A stretch of 64,000 nucleotides of DNA from Balanoglossus misakiensis (lineage: Eukaryota; Animalia; Hemichordata). Below, piece by piece: positions 41,469-54,600 of the stretch. Under the pieces are notes generated by a model that searched no databases, was not told where the DNA came from, and worked only from the letters and a program-made list of their open reading frames with translations. The position numbers and the translations under genes are program-made. Position 1 is the stretch's first letter. Every line of letters begins with the position of its first letter. The stretch covers positions 1,808,901-1,872,900 of the forward strand of contig CM082593.2 in the NCBI GenBank assembly GCA_040954595.2. The letters are read 5' to 3'.

Positions 41469-44400
41469 CTACATCTATATTTACGCACATATCGTGATTT
41501 GTATTTACCTTCGTTTGAATCTATACAGAGTAATCCCCACCCATGGAACTCCCATCATCAAAAGTAGAAAAAGCACACTATTTTCAGGATAACACGACCC
41601 ATGCAGACACTCGCGCCTCATAATCGTTTTGTTGGCAACAATCAACTCGGGTATTGCGCCCTCTACCATGTCCGCGGCTAGCGACGCCATGTTGTAATCT
41701 TCGGATGTGTTGATAATACTGATGGTGGAAGATACATTGGGTTCCGACATGTAGAAATGACTTGGCTCAATCTTCAAACAAGAGTAATTAATGTCAAAAT
41801 CTGAAAGGTAATGAAATTGCATGACAACCATGCAGTAAATTAGATTTTAATAAAAGCCCGTGAAAACAATAATATTGCAATGTATATTTAATATCCATAT
41901 TCACCAATTTAATTATTGTCATGCGAGGTACTTGGTTTTAGATGGCGTCAAGTCTGGGGTATATAAGGACACATAAAGCGTCCTCATGGGACTGGATATT
42001 TGATCTCATCCAAACCATTCTATGTGGAAATGGTGTCTCACTTACTGGCCACAGCTGCATCTATTGCCTCCTTGATGAGCGTGCATGCTACGAATAGTGT
42101 AAAGATTTCATCCACCGACCGAGTCGACCATTTCATGAGCTTGCTAACGTCGAACACGGCGAAAAGTATCAAAAACCCCGAACTGCAAATCCCCACTAGC
42201 CCGTACACCTGGTAGAAGTCCCAGTTATTCTCTTCCGTAACTATGTAAATAACTGAAAGAAATTCAAATTATTACAGATCTAAAACATTTGTATATGACG
42301 TCAGGTAATTGGCCGATTTTGGATGTCGGTCTAATTAGAATCAAGCAATATTTGGTGGGAAATGCTTTCAAAATTATTTGTTTTCCGCCACATAGGCTAA
42401 CACTGTCTGTGTTGAGGGCTCCCTTCTTGATCACTTGGAGACAGAAAGTGTGCCCTTGGGAAAGGGTGAAAGAACTTTGCATAATACAATTGGATACGGC
42501 AGGCTAGATTTTACGCAGTGTCTACCACAATCAGATTATACCCACGATGTGCAATTTCGTATCCCTGCACTGCCTAAAGGGGCAACTCAATTAGATAACA
42601 CTGCGTATTCCCTTACGTGGATAAACTTGTATTTAACGTATCCCTCGCACACACTAAATGTATTCGCGTGTCTTCAATTTTTACATCTGTTTCCGTTTTT
42701 CGTTACAGAAAATGAAGCTAAAGTATAACACTGACAATGTATGATTGAACTAGGCCATTTCAGCTCATACGCGCATTTCAAAAGTGAATGTTTAAACTTG
42801 ACAAGGGTGACCTCAATTCTAGTTCTGTATGTGAGTCTATCGGGTTCTATCTTATCATAGGGCGCTCAGGTTGTTAATTGATCATCATGCAAGTGTAATT
42901 GCTGAAGTTGAAAATTGAAATTTCATTTTCTGCAGTTATAACTCTTTTAACCGAGATCGTGGTCTCTGGAGGACCGTACCCTATTCTCATCAGCGACCAT
43001 GTCTTCACCCTCACATACCGTTCGCAGCATGCATCACTTTAGAACCCTAATTATGGAACACTTTACTGACTGCCTCGTTCGTGACTTGTGCGCCGTCCAG
43101 CAGGGGTAAATCTAGCCACTGGAATCTAGCGCAGAATTAGATTTTCTCTCAGCGTTCAAAGGACACTTTTTAACTAGATTTAGCCCAGCTGCAGATGACA
43201 TACCGATTGCAAAAAAAAAACTGAGAATATTGAGCTTAGAAAGCAAAACGTACTGCATACAATGGGATGACAAAATCTTGCGGTCTTAATTCCTATATAG
43301 GAAAGAACTCATATATACCAAAGAACTCAAATCCAAAAAATTTCAACCGTTATATGAGCATACCTTTGGTAAAAAGTGCCAAGGGTGCTGATGTGGCCAT
43401 AACGAGCAATGGCTGACCACCGAGTATACCTCCGATGAGTCCAGCAATAACTTGCCCTACCAAGGCCTTTCTCACACCTGTAATAGGCAAAATTAAGTAA
43501 TGATTAAACACCGGTTGTAATATACCTTTTCTGCATGTATAACAGATAGCTTTGAGCATAGTGTACATTATATGAATGCCTGGTTGACTACTGTTGGCTC
43601 TGGAAAGCTGGGTCCTTCATTTGCATGCATACCTTGCAAACGATAAACGTTACCAGCATTCTTCAGGGAAAGGCTTATCGGGGTTATCAGTGTTGGAGGT
43701 AAACTGACTAGGGTTAGTAAATGATGTTGATAGTGTTTGAAGAAATTGCTCGTTGTAATTTCAGAGTTACAGTAACATTTGTTGAAGTAGGCAGAGGTCA
43801 CGTGGAGGTCACATGGGATGGTCATTTCGTGTGCGCGAATCTTTTCCATAATACCATGTGATTAAAATGTACATTCATCCTTAGGTGAAGCCGTAACTGG
43901 CAACAATTCTGTTGAGTTGTGATGTGATCACCACTCCAGGCTAAGAGCTTTCCATATGTAAAAACATGTCTTTCTTGTAACATGCCGACATTCGTCACCT
44001 ATTACTCGAAGTTATGGTATGATTGCATCAAAGTATGCAAAAATCAAAATTGTTTATTCTGCACTCGAAGTGGTGTTCCCACATCATCCAAGCATTATGA
44101 ATAAAAGGCATTTCAAGAGTTGACAGCTCCATGTTTTGCGTAATGACAGACGTGGTCTGAATGTTGATGACATAGTCTGTCTTCAAACGTATTATTTGTG
44201 ACCATATGGAATATTCCAGAATGTCAGCTTTTCTGGGACCTTAAAGGCAATTATATGAATAAATTATTCAGACTTTGGGGGAAGTGAAAACGTGTTGATA
44301 TTCCATTAATTGTGTACAAATCTCTCATTCCATTTGCGCTGGTATTACATTATGTACATTGAATATTAAAATAAAATATTTGTAGACATTGACAATGTCA

Positions 44401-47400
44401 TCAACTCTGTTATAACCATATTGGCGGCCATTTTGAATTTCAAATTTTAGAAAACGCGTCTCCATCGTTGAAAATTTTGCACAGTGACCCCCAATTTTTA
44501 TTCACAATTTTAAGAGAGAATAATGTAAAATTGCCTTGAGAAAAATGAAAGAAAAAGTTTACGACTTTGATTTTCTGGGCGCGCACTACCTTTAAAAAGT
44601 ATGGCAAATACCCAGTGGCTACGACATAAAATTTGACGGAAATATATCAAGATAAATATTGTTTATTGACAATATGGAATCACTGAATAAACTGCCCACT
44701 TCAGAAATTAAATGTTAGTTAACTGGTATTTTATTTGTCGACCATTTGAAACCATTAAAACTTTTGATTCATTTTCCTGTGTTAAAAATATGTTTGGTAA
44801 TAGCGTTTGCATTAACGACCCTGTTTGACTTATTTTACGACAAAGTCGCCGGATTTTCACTTAAGGTTTTGAGTAAAGTTTGTTTTACAGTTGTACTTCC
44901 TGGGCATTTAGAATTTCTACCATAATATTATAAAGAGCATTTAAAATTCCAAATCACTTCAGCAGACTGAGATATTGTCACATCCTTATAAGCACGGGTG
45001 GTTAAGCAATAGGGAACGTCAGTTAAGTGTGAAATGGTATAACATATGTATTATATGGAATCCCCGAAAATCTTACAAACACGCAGTCAGCGTTGTTTCA
45101 GATGACTGACTTTGTACGTGTACCGGAAAGTGTATCTATAGTGAGTACATCGCATTCTAACGGATGACGTCACAGGTCAAGGAGTGAGGTCATCGTACTT
45201 ACCGATGTAACCATAAGTGTTCTTGTCGTTCAAGACACCAAGCGATAAGGTAAACAGGAGGCACGAGAAATACAGGAATACGATGGTTGTTATCAGGACG
45301 CGGATTGAATGCGCGCCACCTTGTATCCCTGGGGAATTATTGAAACACAAAGGGTTATATTTTAGGGTGGTTGGAACGTAAACTGTTATGTGACCAGAAA
45401 ATTCTTGGAAAGCAATTTACAACATAGGCTAATCCCTGTTTTCTTAAGTCCCCTTAATGTTGAATACTCTACTATGTGAATATCAAATAAATCCTACCGT
45501 CTTGAAAGTCGCTTTTATAGTGTGGGATGCGTCTTTTCAAATCTCCACGAACTCCCACTAGAAAAGTGCATTTCTTTCTCTGTAAATAACAGAACGATAT
45601 GTGCTTACCATGTGATCAGAGAAAGGAGCCATTGTATATGTGTGTGCCTTTTTGCACGCGAGGGAGATACACTCTCAGGTTTCTTGAATGTATACACAGT
45701 TACATGTATATATTGATAACATAATGTCAGAAGTAGTTAAAATCGATGTCTTACCGTATCTGCTTCTAGAAATGGATTTTTCATGCTGTGTTCACTTTCC
45801 CGCCGACGAACCAAGTTGCGTACATTTGTTTTATCCGACAATTCGTTGACTCTTGCTTGCAGTATCTGAAAGGAAATAATCAAGTACATGTTACAAAACC
45901 TCAGTTTTTAAAACAATACGACTGTTTCTAGAACAGAATCAATATTCCACTGTGACCGTGGAAACAAACATTGCATCTGTCAGAAGTTTTGGTGATGATA
46001 AAATTGAGTTGTTTTGTCGTTGTAGTTTCTGTCCCATTTATTGGTGAATTCATTCATTATTTCTTTGATTGATTGTTTGTTTGCTTGCTTGCTTGGTTGT
46101 TAACGGTACACGTGGTACCAGGCTGCAATACACGATGTACTCACATCGAGAAGTTCTTCTTCGTTTTCGGCCTCTTCCCAAAGTGACACACGAAAATTGA
46201 TGTCCGTAAATAAAGTGCTGAAGGTTATTGCGGTCTCTATGGAATTTTTGGTCCCTTTCTGCCAATTAATGATTAAAACATAACCATTAACAAACTTAAC
46301 TGCACTTCACGCAAGACTTGCAGTGGAAATATTAATTGACATATCAGTCATGCACTGTCGGTTTTACAAAATGTATTATAGTATCATGCCCCTAAACACA
46401 CAAAACAACACATGTGGAGATATGCCTTTACATGAACCTATCCATTAAACAACCAGACATGACAAAGCATTGTGATTAAAATTGATTGCACTGTTGTTAG
46501 ACAATGTGGTATATTAGAATTATTAAGCTTCTTGTTTCATACCTCCACTGTTGGCGCCAATACCAGGACAACAAAACGTACATCGGTGCAGGTGAAACCA
46601 AGATTTGTTGGCCTCCGAAGGCGTCCAATGGCAACGCGACGTCTTTGTAAATTTTTCAGACTTGCACTGAAATAAAACGCATCATTTTAACAGTATGATG
46701 TCTGTTTGTTTGCTTGCAGATGAAAGAATATCTGATCAGTGAAGCAAACTTGAACAGCTTTCAATGTAAGTACACATTATGTTTCCCATTCATTGATAAG
46801 CTTTGGTAATGATGAATGGAAACATCTACTAGTATTTAGTACCTTTTGATTTACTTACAAGGCACATAACCAACTGTCTTCAAAGAACAACCCTCCTCCC
46901 AGCATGACACTTGATTGCAGTGTATTGGTCAACAGAGAACCTGCCAACAAATCGAATGAATGAATGAATATACGTTCATTTGTTTCATATCGACACAGAT
47001 ACGCTGTATTGCGTACTCTTGATTGGCTGAGACCGTACCACATGACATAGGAAAAACATGATACTAATTACATCAGGCTGGTGATCTCTGATGCTCGGGC
47101 ATCATCAATATTATGGTCAGAGATCACCATCCCTCGTGCAGGCTAAAGATCATGATATTGCCCTCGCTAACATGTGTTATTATTTAACTATCACATAACG
47201 TACAAGAATCTTCAGCAAATATTGCCCGTCTGGCTTCGGAGATGCTCACTCCGGGTTCGTTGTCCAACAATTTTTCGACCATGGGGTTGATGACGTCATC
47301 AAGCGTTGTGTCAGGAAGGTTGAAGAGCACAGTAGCTTCATTCATGAAATTCTTGATGTCTTGGGTCGGGCGAACTTCTCGTTGGAAATCTCGTTCTTCA

Positions 47401-48549
47401 ACTCTCTGGAGAAAATGGCAGTGTTTTCGCATGAGAGTTGTCGATGTTTTGTCAAAGATGTTTAATACAAGTACGAGTTCAAGTATGACTTTAGTATTTC
47501 GCTTTCCATTGTACATGTATGTTCAGTGCCCAGCCAACGTACCATGACATATTTGTTATATTTTCCAAAAACTCAACAAATTAATTTAGTCTCGTATCAA
47601 TCAATCAATCAACCAGTCAATCAATCAACATATATATATATATATTGTTGAAATGACATAGTTTGTCTGTACTGTACACGAAAACAATAATTTGGGGAAA
47701 TTGAATATTCCCGGTTCAAGTAGACCTAATGGCACATGCTTTGATTCGTGTTCGTGTTCCAACTTCTGATTGCGTCAAATCTTCACGTTCACGAACGTGT
47801 CTGTAATTGAAGCAACGTGTATAAACCACCAGAGAGGAACAATTGAACCGTCCAAAAATCAATGCGGTAATCCAACATGGATATAAAGAGTGGGAAGCGG
47901 CTTTCCACTCCATTGCAAAACTACGCCGAGGGGAGCTCAGACGATGCGAACTGCGTCCTTCATCACGAGCGCTGGTTGATACGGCCCAGTAAATGAAATA
48001 AGCATTCTAAAAATCCGTGCGCTTTAGTTTGTTAACACTCACAATGTATGCGCCTGTGAATTTGCTGCCGTGCAAAGCTTTGAAATGTGATACTGAAGGA
48101 AACGGATGTTTTCTAGAGTCTAAGATTATTTCGAGAATCGAAAATCTAATATATGAGACACTAGCCATGTCGATATTCCTTGCACCAATATGCTTGTTAG
48201 GTAGATTACACCATGAATGTAAACTTAATAATGGAACAGGTATTCGCTGAATAAATAGTGTTTCCAAACACACACTTTACAGTCAAGTGGAGCAGGTCCT
48301 TGCGTGTGCTGCACAAATTACGCTCTTTGGAAGCCGTTAGTAGCGTGAGTGTTAGTCATTCGTGCCAGTGTAGTATGCATTTGATCCTATTATCCCCCTT
48401 TTCAGGTGCGTGTAATAACAGAGCATTGTCGAATAGAGAATCTCGTTTGTAATCAGATCAGCTGAAGGGTTACTTCACCAAGGAAAAAATGTTTACTCTA
48501 TCGTCTTGGAGTTTTCAGGTCTGCTACACCCATGTTACATACATACTGG

Positions 48550-48621
<72 letters not shown>

Positions 48622-51600
48622 AACAAACAGACCTCACCTGTCTCTTTGTATGTATCAACATTGACTTTTTCATGTCAGCAATTCCTCTGACCAGCTGCTT
48701 GACCTTTCGCCATCCCCCTGGAGGGAAAACAGACAAAATGTGAATTGACATCGTTCAAAGATTAATGTTGTTCATAAACACAGCACGCATTAATTGGGGA
48801 CACTATCAGCGGTCTCTCGTAAAACAAATTTATAGCAACTCTTATTTAATGCCGGAAATATATAATCACTTTCCGTAGGTCTTCTTCACGAACATAATAC
48901 CACTTTAAAAGAAATAAAATGCATATACAAATCGATAAAAGTGCCTGAAATGTGTCTAGTTTATAGACCACATAAATATTCAGACCGAAGCCAACAGAGT
49001 TGGGTGACACGGATATTCAAGTCATAAACTATTACGTGAATATGATATCGACCGCATAACTTGTCATCTGGACTCCAAGGACCCAGAGAATGGAGAAATT
49101 GCTCCGGAAATCTGGAAAATGTGGCATTCATCCCCAGACTAACTTTATAAATTTTAGTAACCCTCTTTTCTAACACATTCAAACCCTGTTTGGGGCATGA
49201 CATGTCATACTTCATGTAGTCTAGAAGGATGCAATTTTTATTTTGTCTAAGGCGACGCCACTGCGGAGTTAATTACCAAACACAAGCATGTTGTGCGTTT
49301 TTTCTAAAACAATTTGCTGGGGTAACTTGTGTTCCTTTGGTGGTTGAGTTATTTTTGCATCTCTGATATGACCTGTCTGACGAAACAGCTTGTCGACCAG
49401 TTTGACCACTTGGATGTGCATGTTTTTTGTGTAAACTGGACATGATGTCCTGTACGCGAACCTTGTTTACAATATCTTCCCAAGATGCACTCTTGGAGCC
49501 TTGACCCGAGGTCACTTGTTAGCTGTGTACTGTTCCAGAGGCGTCAATGACGACAATCGATAGAATGGACTACAAAATTATTCATGCACGTTATAAACTT
49601 CACAAATTGAATTATAATATCTCTGTTGCACTTCAACTGTCATTTGAATTAATTATTTCATTGTGGAATGATTCAGTGGCGCGTTTTAACATGCCCTTGA
49701 AAAATAATTATAACAGCAGTAAAATTCTTTTTTGGCCTTCACTCACACACATACCGACTTAATTTTGTAGATTAAGTAAGAGAATTAACAATGACCTTGA
49801 AATAAGAGGTGTTCCCTCAACTGACCTTAATAACACACAGATGTGTCATTTTTGAATTACAGCTTAATCTGACGGAAATTAATTGGCTTTGGGTTCTTCG
49901 CTTTAAGAGGAGCACATTCACAATGAGATCGATTTAAATTTCGTGATGGACTGCCCGTTTAATGTTAAAAGGGCCCGGTTGTTTCTGAACCGTATCACGT
50001 TTATATTGTTATATTTATTTTCCATCATGCGCAAAGAGGTTGCAAGGTTACAGTGTGATGATAAATATGTGTTACAGAAACGTTGGCTTTGCCGCCTTAA
50101 GTCACCCGCTCTTCCAAATGCATTGTAGGAAACACGTACTAGTGAAGCTTTGAACTGAGACGCAAATGTTTGCTTCAATTATCATAATTTGAATAATTCC
50201 AATATATCGACACATTCATATATTGGCTTCTCCCAGAATGAATATTGATGATATAATGACAAGGTTGCCCAGACACTCAGAGATATCCAACAGCGGTTTC
50301 TTAAGAGTTACCCTGTATCAAGAATAATGACATTCAGAATATAAACGACAGGCCTATAGAACATTTATGAGTTCTTTCCATATCATATCTTCAAAGTGAT
50401 AAAATTATTGGGACATTCAGAAAAAAAACGGATATGTAAGCTTAACATTGATGAATTCTTGTGATATCATATCTTCAAAGTGATTTGCATATCAGTATGG
50501 TTATCATTTACATAATCGCAATACATTGCTTATAACTTCGTTATCGCTCAAAGCGAACATTCTCGGGCACCCGAGGCAGTGGTTGATTCATGGATGAACA
50601 AACCATGTTCATCACGAACGCCCCGAACAACCGCGACCATGCACGATTCACCGACACAGATAAATCGATCTGCTACAGTGCTGACTAAATCTATCGATAG
50701 ATCTGCCAGTCGGGTCGCCCGGGATGCCTCTACAAAAGTACGCTAGTAGTTCAATGCAGATGATTGATGTATTAATTGCTGTTTGAAGTGGTCGTCTGAT
50801 GCACACTGACAATTTCATTTCCTGCGGACAAGTTCTCGCCACTCTTCTTAAATGAATAATCAGAAACATGACAATATGTTACCCCTATTTCATTCAGCGG
50901 CCTTAGTACTTGTGGCATGACCATGAAACACTAGCATTAGCGATTTACGTCATCATTAAATTTATTTACCATGTCTAATTTGTGTATTTATCTCCAAACT
51001 AAGAAAGAGCATTAAAATTAGCAACAACCTTGCATTTGGCAACAAAAACGATCAAAAGACGAATCGAGGGTTTAATACTTAATCACTTCTTAAGTCTTTT
51101 TCTGTGTACTGATGGAATGCAAAATGCTTTTCCGTTGATTGCCCTATGCAGCCTATATAAAGTATTGTGCACTTAAATCGGGTATTTGCATGGCTGCTGT
51201 TTTCATTATAAGCAGGCGGCTTCTTTCATGTGCTCAGCACTGATCTACAGTCGGCTGCTTCATTGGCAAACCACATCACGCAAGGTTTTGGTAAAAAGTG
51301 ACGAAATATAATTTTCCACGCGTTTTGCAGAGAACTTCTGCGCGAACGCAGATTAAAGTACGCCACACATGGATTGGAAGCTTGTTTGGGATTGGAAACA
51401 TCTAGTGCACTAAATGCAAACAGTGCATGATTGAACGCGCCGCACGTCAGCTCAAATTTGTTGCGGCTTGATTTGGGAATATCGACCCTTAATTTCACCA
51501 TCACGACCCTGTTCGCTTGAAATTAGATGAAATATTTTGATTGCGACCTACTGTCGAAAGGCGCACAAAAACACAGGATAGGATATGTTAATTGATGTGA

Positions 51601-54600
51601 CTGTTTCCCATGTCTCTTGTGGTGGATATTCGCCATCATCTTTTGCAAACGGACTTTTAAGCTACGATGACGTAGTTACCGCTGCGGTAAATATTAAACT
51701 AAGCAACGATTTGCAAGGCCAGTGTGGTGGAATATGTTTATTATTGTTTCTAGGCAACGACTGGTTTGTTATAAGTACTGTTACCTTGATGTGTTATTTT
51801 TGTCCTTTTCCAGTTGAAAGCGATATCCAATTTGCCCGAAGGTATCTGGATTAAAAGCAGTCTGATAGCAATTGAATAGTCGCAGCGATCTGTCAAATTC
51901 TGATGAAGTTTTAACTCTCTTTTTAACTTGGTGAATATTCGCCGAGGTTCGCGTACTTAAGTGGTTCTGTCACAAGTGACATAACCTGAACGAGATCTCT
52001 TGCATGTTTCCATAGTGATGGGCAGGATAATTGCTTTAGATCAGGTCCAAATTAAAACAATGTTGATCAACGTGTTCTGGAACAATAAGATTTATAATTA
52101 TTTGGAACTTGAAATATTACAGTTGCGGCTACGTATACGCAATTCTTTTCATTTCGTTGTATCTCCAAGTTGTTTTGCAAGTCTTGAACCCATTTTATTC
52201 ATCACTTAACCAAAATGTATATCCATCGTATAAAAAACCCCATTGCCATAGAAACGAAACAATTTGAGGCACAATAAACGCTAAGTAAATGTTCGTTGTG
52301 AAACTGGTGACTCATAACGGGAAAATAGAAATGTTGTCATTCAGTTCACACCTTATTTTTTCTCGCGATAATGTTGGAATGCTTAGTGATGTAAATTATC
52401 GCAATGAATGGCATTTTGTAATATCAACTCTCCTAAATGCATTCCACCGTCATTTTGTTTGACACTTCAAATTTGTCTCCGCTTCTTTCAGTCAACTCGT
52501 TTTTAAATTGCTTGTTGGCGGAAGGTAGCAATCGCAGGAAAATCGGATGTACACATGCAGGCTTAAATTGTCTAGCGTCGCTTGGGTATACAACATTTCA
52601 GTTGTCCAAAAAAGAACGAAAGTGCCGCACTTAAAGGTTCCAAATGCAGCTCACGTAGCCTTTTGTTATTTTATCCATAGCCTTCCGATGCATTTACGAT
52701 GTCCATACGCGTAGCTAAATTTATATACACAAACTCCTCTTACGCTTTTAGGGTATTTTCATCTTGATATCGCGAAACCTAGTCAGTTCCATTGTGTTGA
52801 TGATCGTTAGGTTTGCTGAAAATATTGAATGTACGATTTTACTGTGTCAAGGAAGCCTCACATGGAATTATTATTTATAACAAATAACGAAAATCCGAGA
52901 CATAAAAAGCGGCACAGCATTCAGAAATAGATACATATTTGCGAGTGTTGCATATGACAGGCGTTCAGATAAAATTTGCATCCATGGCAAGGAATTGTTG
53001 ATATATGAATGCACATTCGCGAGAAAAAAAGACACGCCCATAGTCTAACACCAACTGGCCCAGATAGTAGTTCTTAATTACACGCCATGATGAATTGAGA
53101 AGTTCGTCGATGTCACTTAAAATTAGGTGATCGGCGGGGTTACCAGAGGAGAATTATGACCACACGATAATTGCTGTCGACGCTGTTGATTTACATTCCG
53201 ATACGTTATCGGTGAAAAAAAATTCCTTAGACAGCAGAAGCCTCACTTAAGAATTATGACATGTTGCACGATATAGCTTTATCGCTAACCCAACTGGGAA
53301 GTCGGGAGAGATCGATTGATATCCCTTCGTGATTATCCAGTAAAAGATGATTAAAATATTCTATTAATTACGTTAATGTGATTCAGGGCCTTCTGTTACA
53401 CTATTTTTATCATAATATTTATATGAAACGTTCGTTTCGACCCAAAATAAATATTAAACGTCGCTCTCGAAAACGCGCTCCGTACGTATCTCGGGCGGGC
53501 CACACGTTATACGGACATCGACAGAAGAATTGGGCGCACTTGTGCTACTTTATGGATTTTACGAGGGAGTTTATAAAAGATTTATCTAATAACTTTTATG
53601 ATTTAAGATGATTTCTTGGAATTTTGTTGCGTGTTCATAAAGCCAGCTATCAGAGTGCACGCATGATGGAGTCACTCGAGCTAGTCACTTAACTGTGCAT
53701 CAGTATTTGACGCACGCCACGGTAATAGCTCTTAGCGGAACAATTATACTCCTTGTCACCAGAAGAGATAATCCCTCTTTGTATGTTTTAAGAAGCGCAT
53801 TATTACGACTAATGCTCACAATAATGTTACCTTCTAATCAATAATGCGTCAAATCCGCACAATCGATCACACGAACCAAAAGAATGAGAAAAATACTGTA
53901 AAACTGTTCTAGTTTTCATGTACTTTGAGTGCGTCACGTTTATGTGCTCGTCATACCGTGAACGACGGGTAGATGACTACATGTACGTGTTCGGGAAGTA
54001 CTTGAAACTTGTAAAACCCGTGGAAATATATCAAGTTTTCTGTTTATCATCCGGGTACACCCAAGTCTCTTTTTATGCCGTTGAAAATTCTGAATGGGCC
54101 GGGAAAATATGTCATGTTATTCGGTCGCCTTGGTAAATGTACTCTGCGTCTGAAAAGCCCGGATGTTGACATGGTCTATTGGAATCCTTTGTGAGAGAAT
54201 TGAATATCGAAAGACTCAAATGAAAGGAAAAGCAATTTCATTATATCTGCGATGTCGTTGTGCCAATAAATTCACAATCTTAATCGATTTGTTGTGTGTT
54301 CAACCCAATCGAGATATATAACTGCTTTCCTCGATTTTCTTTGCGAAATATAATTACTGACAATGTCGGCATGCCATTTTCTACGGCACCAATAAACATT
54401 TAATTTACCAACGGGTATTGGCAGACACACGTCGCGCGGGTTGAACTAATTTGCACCTTATTTGAACAATTTGACACTTGATATTCATAACTGTAAATGT
54501 ATGTTTAGTGATTGGCAAAATGAATACTCTCTCTCTCCCACAACTCAGAACATGCCCAACCTAAAACGAGCACGAATGCTTGTCGTGACAAGAAAAACAA

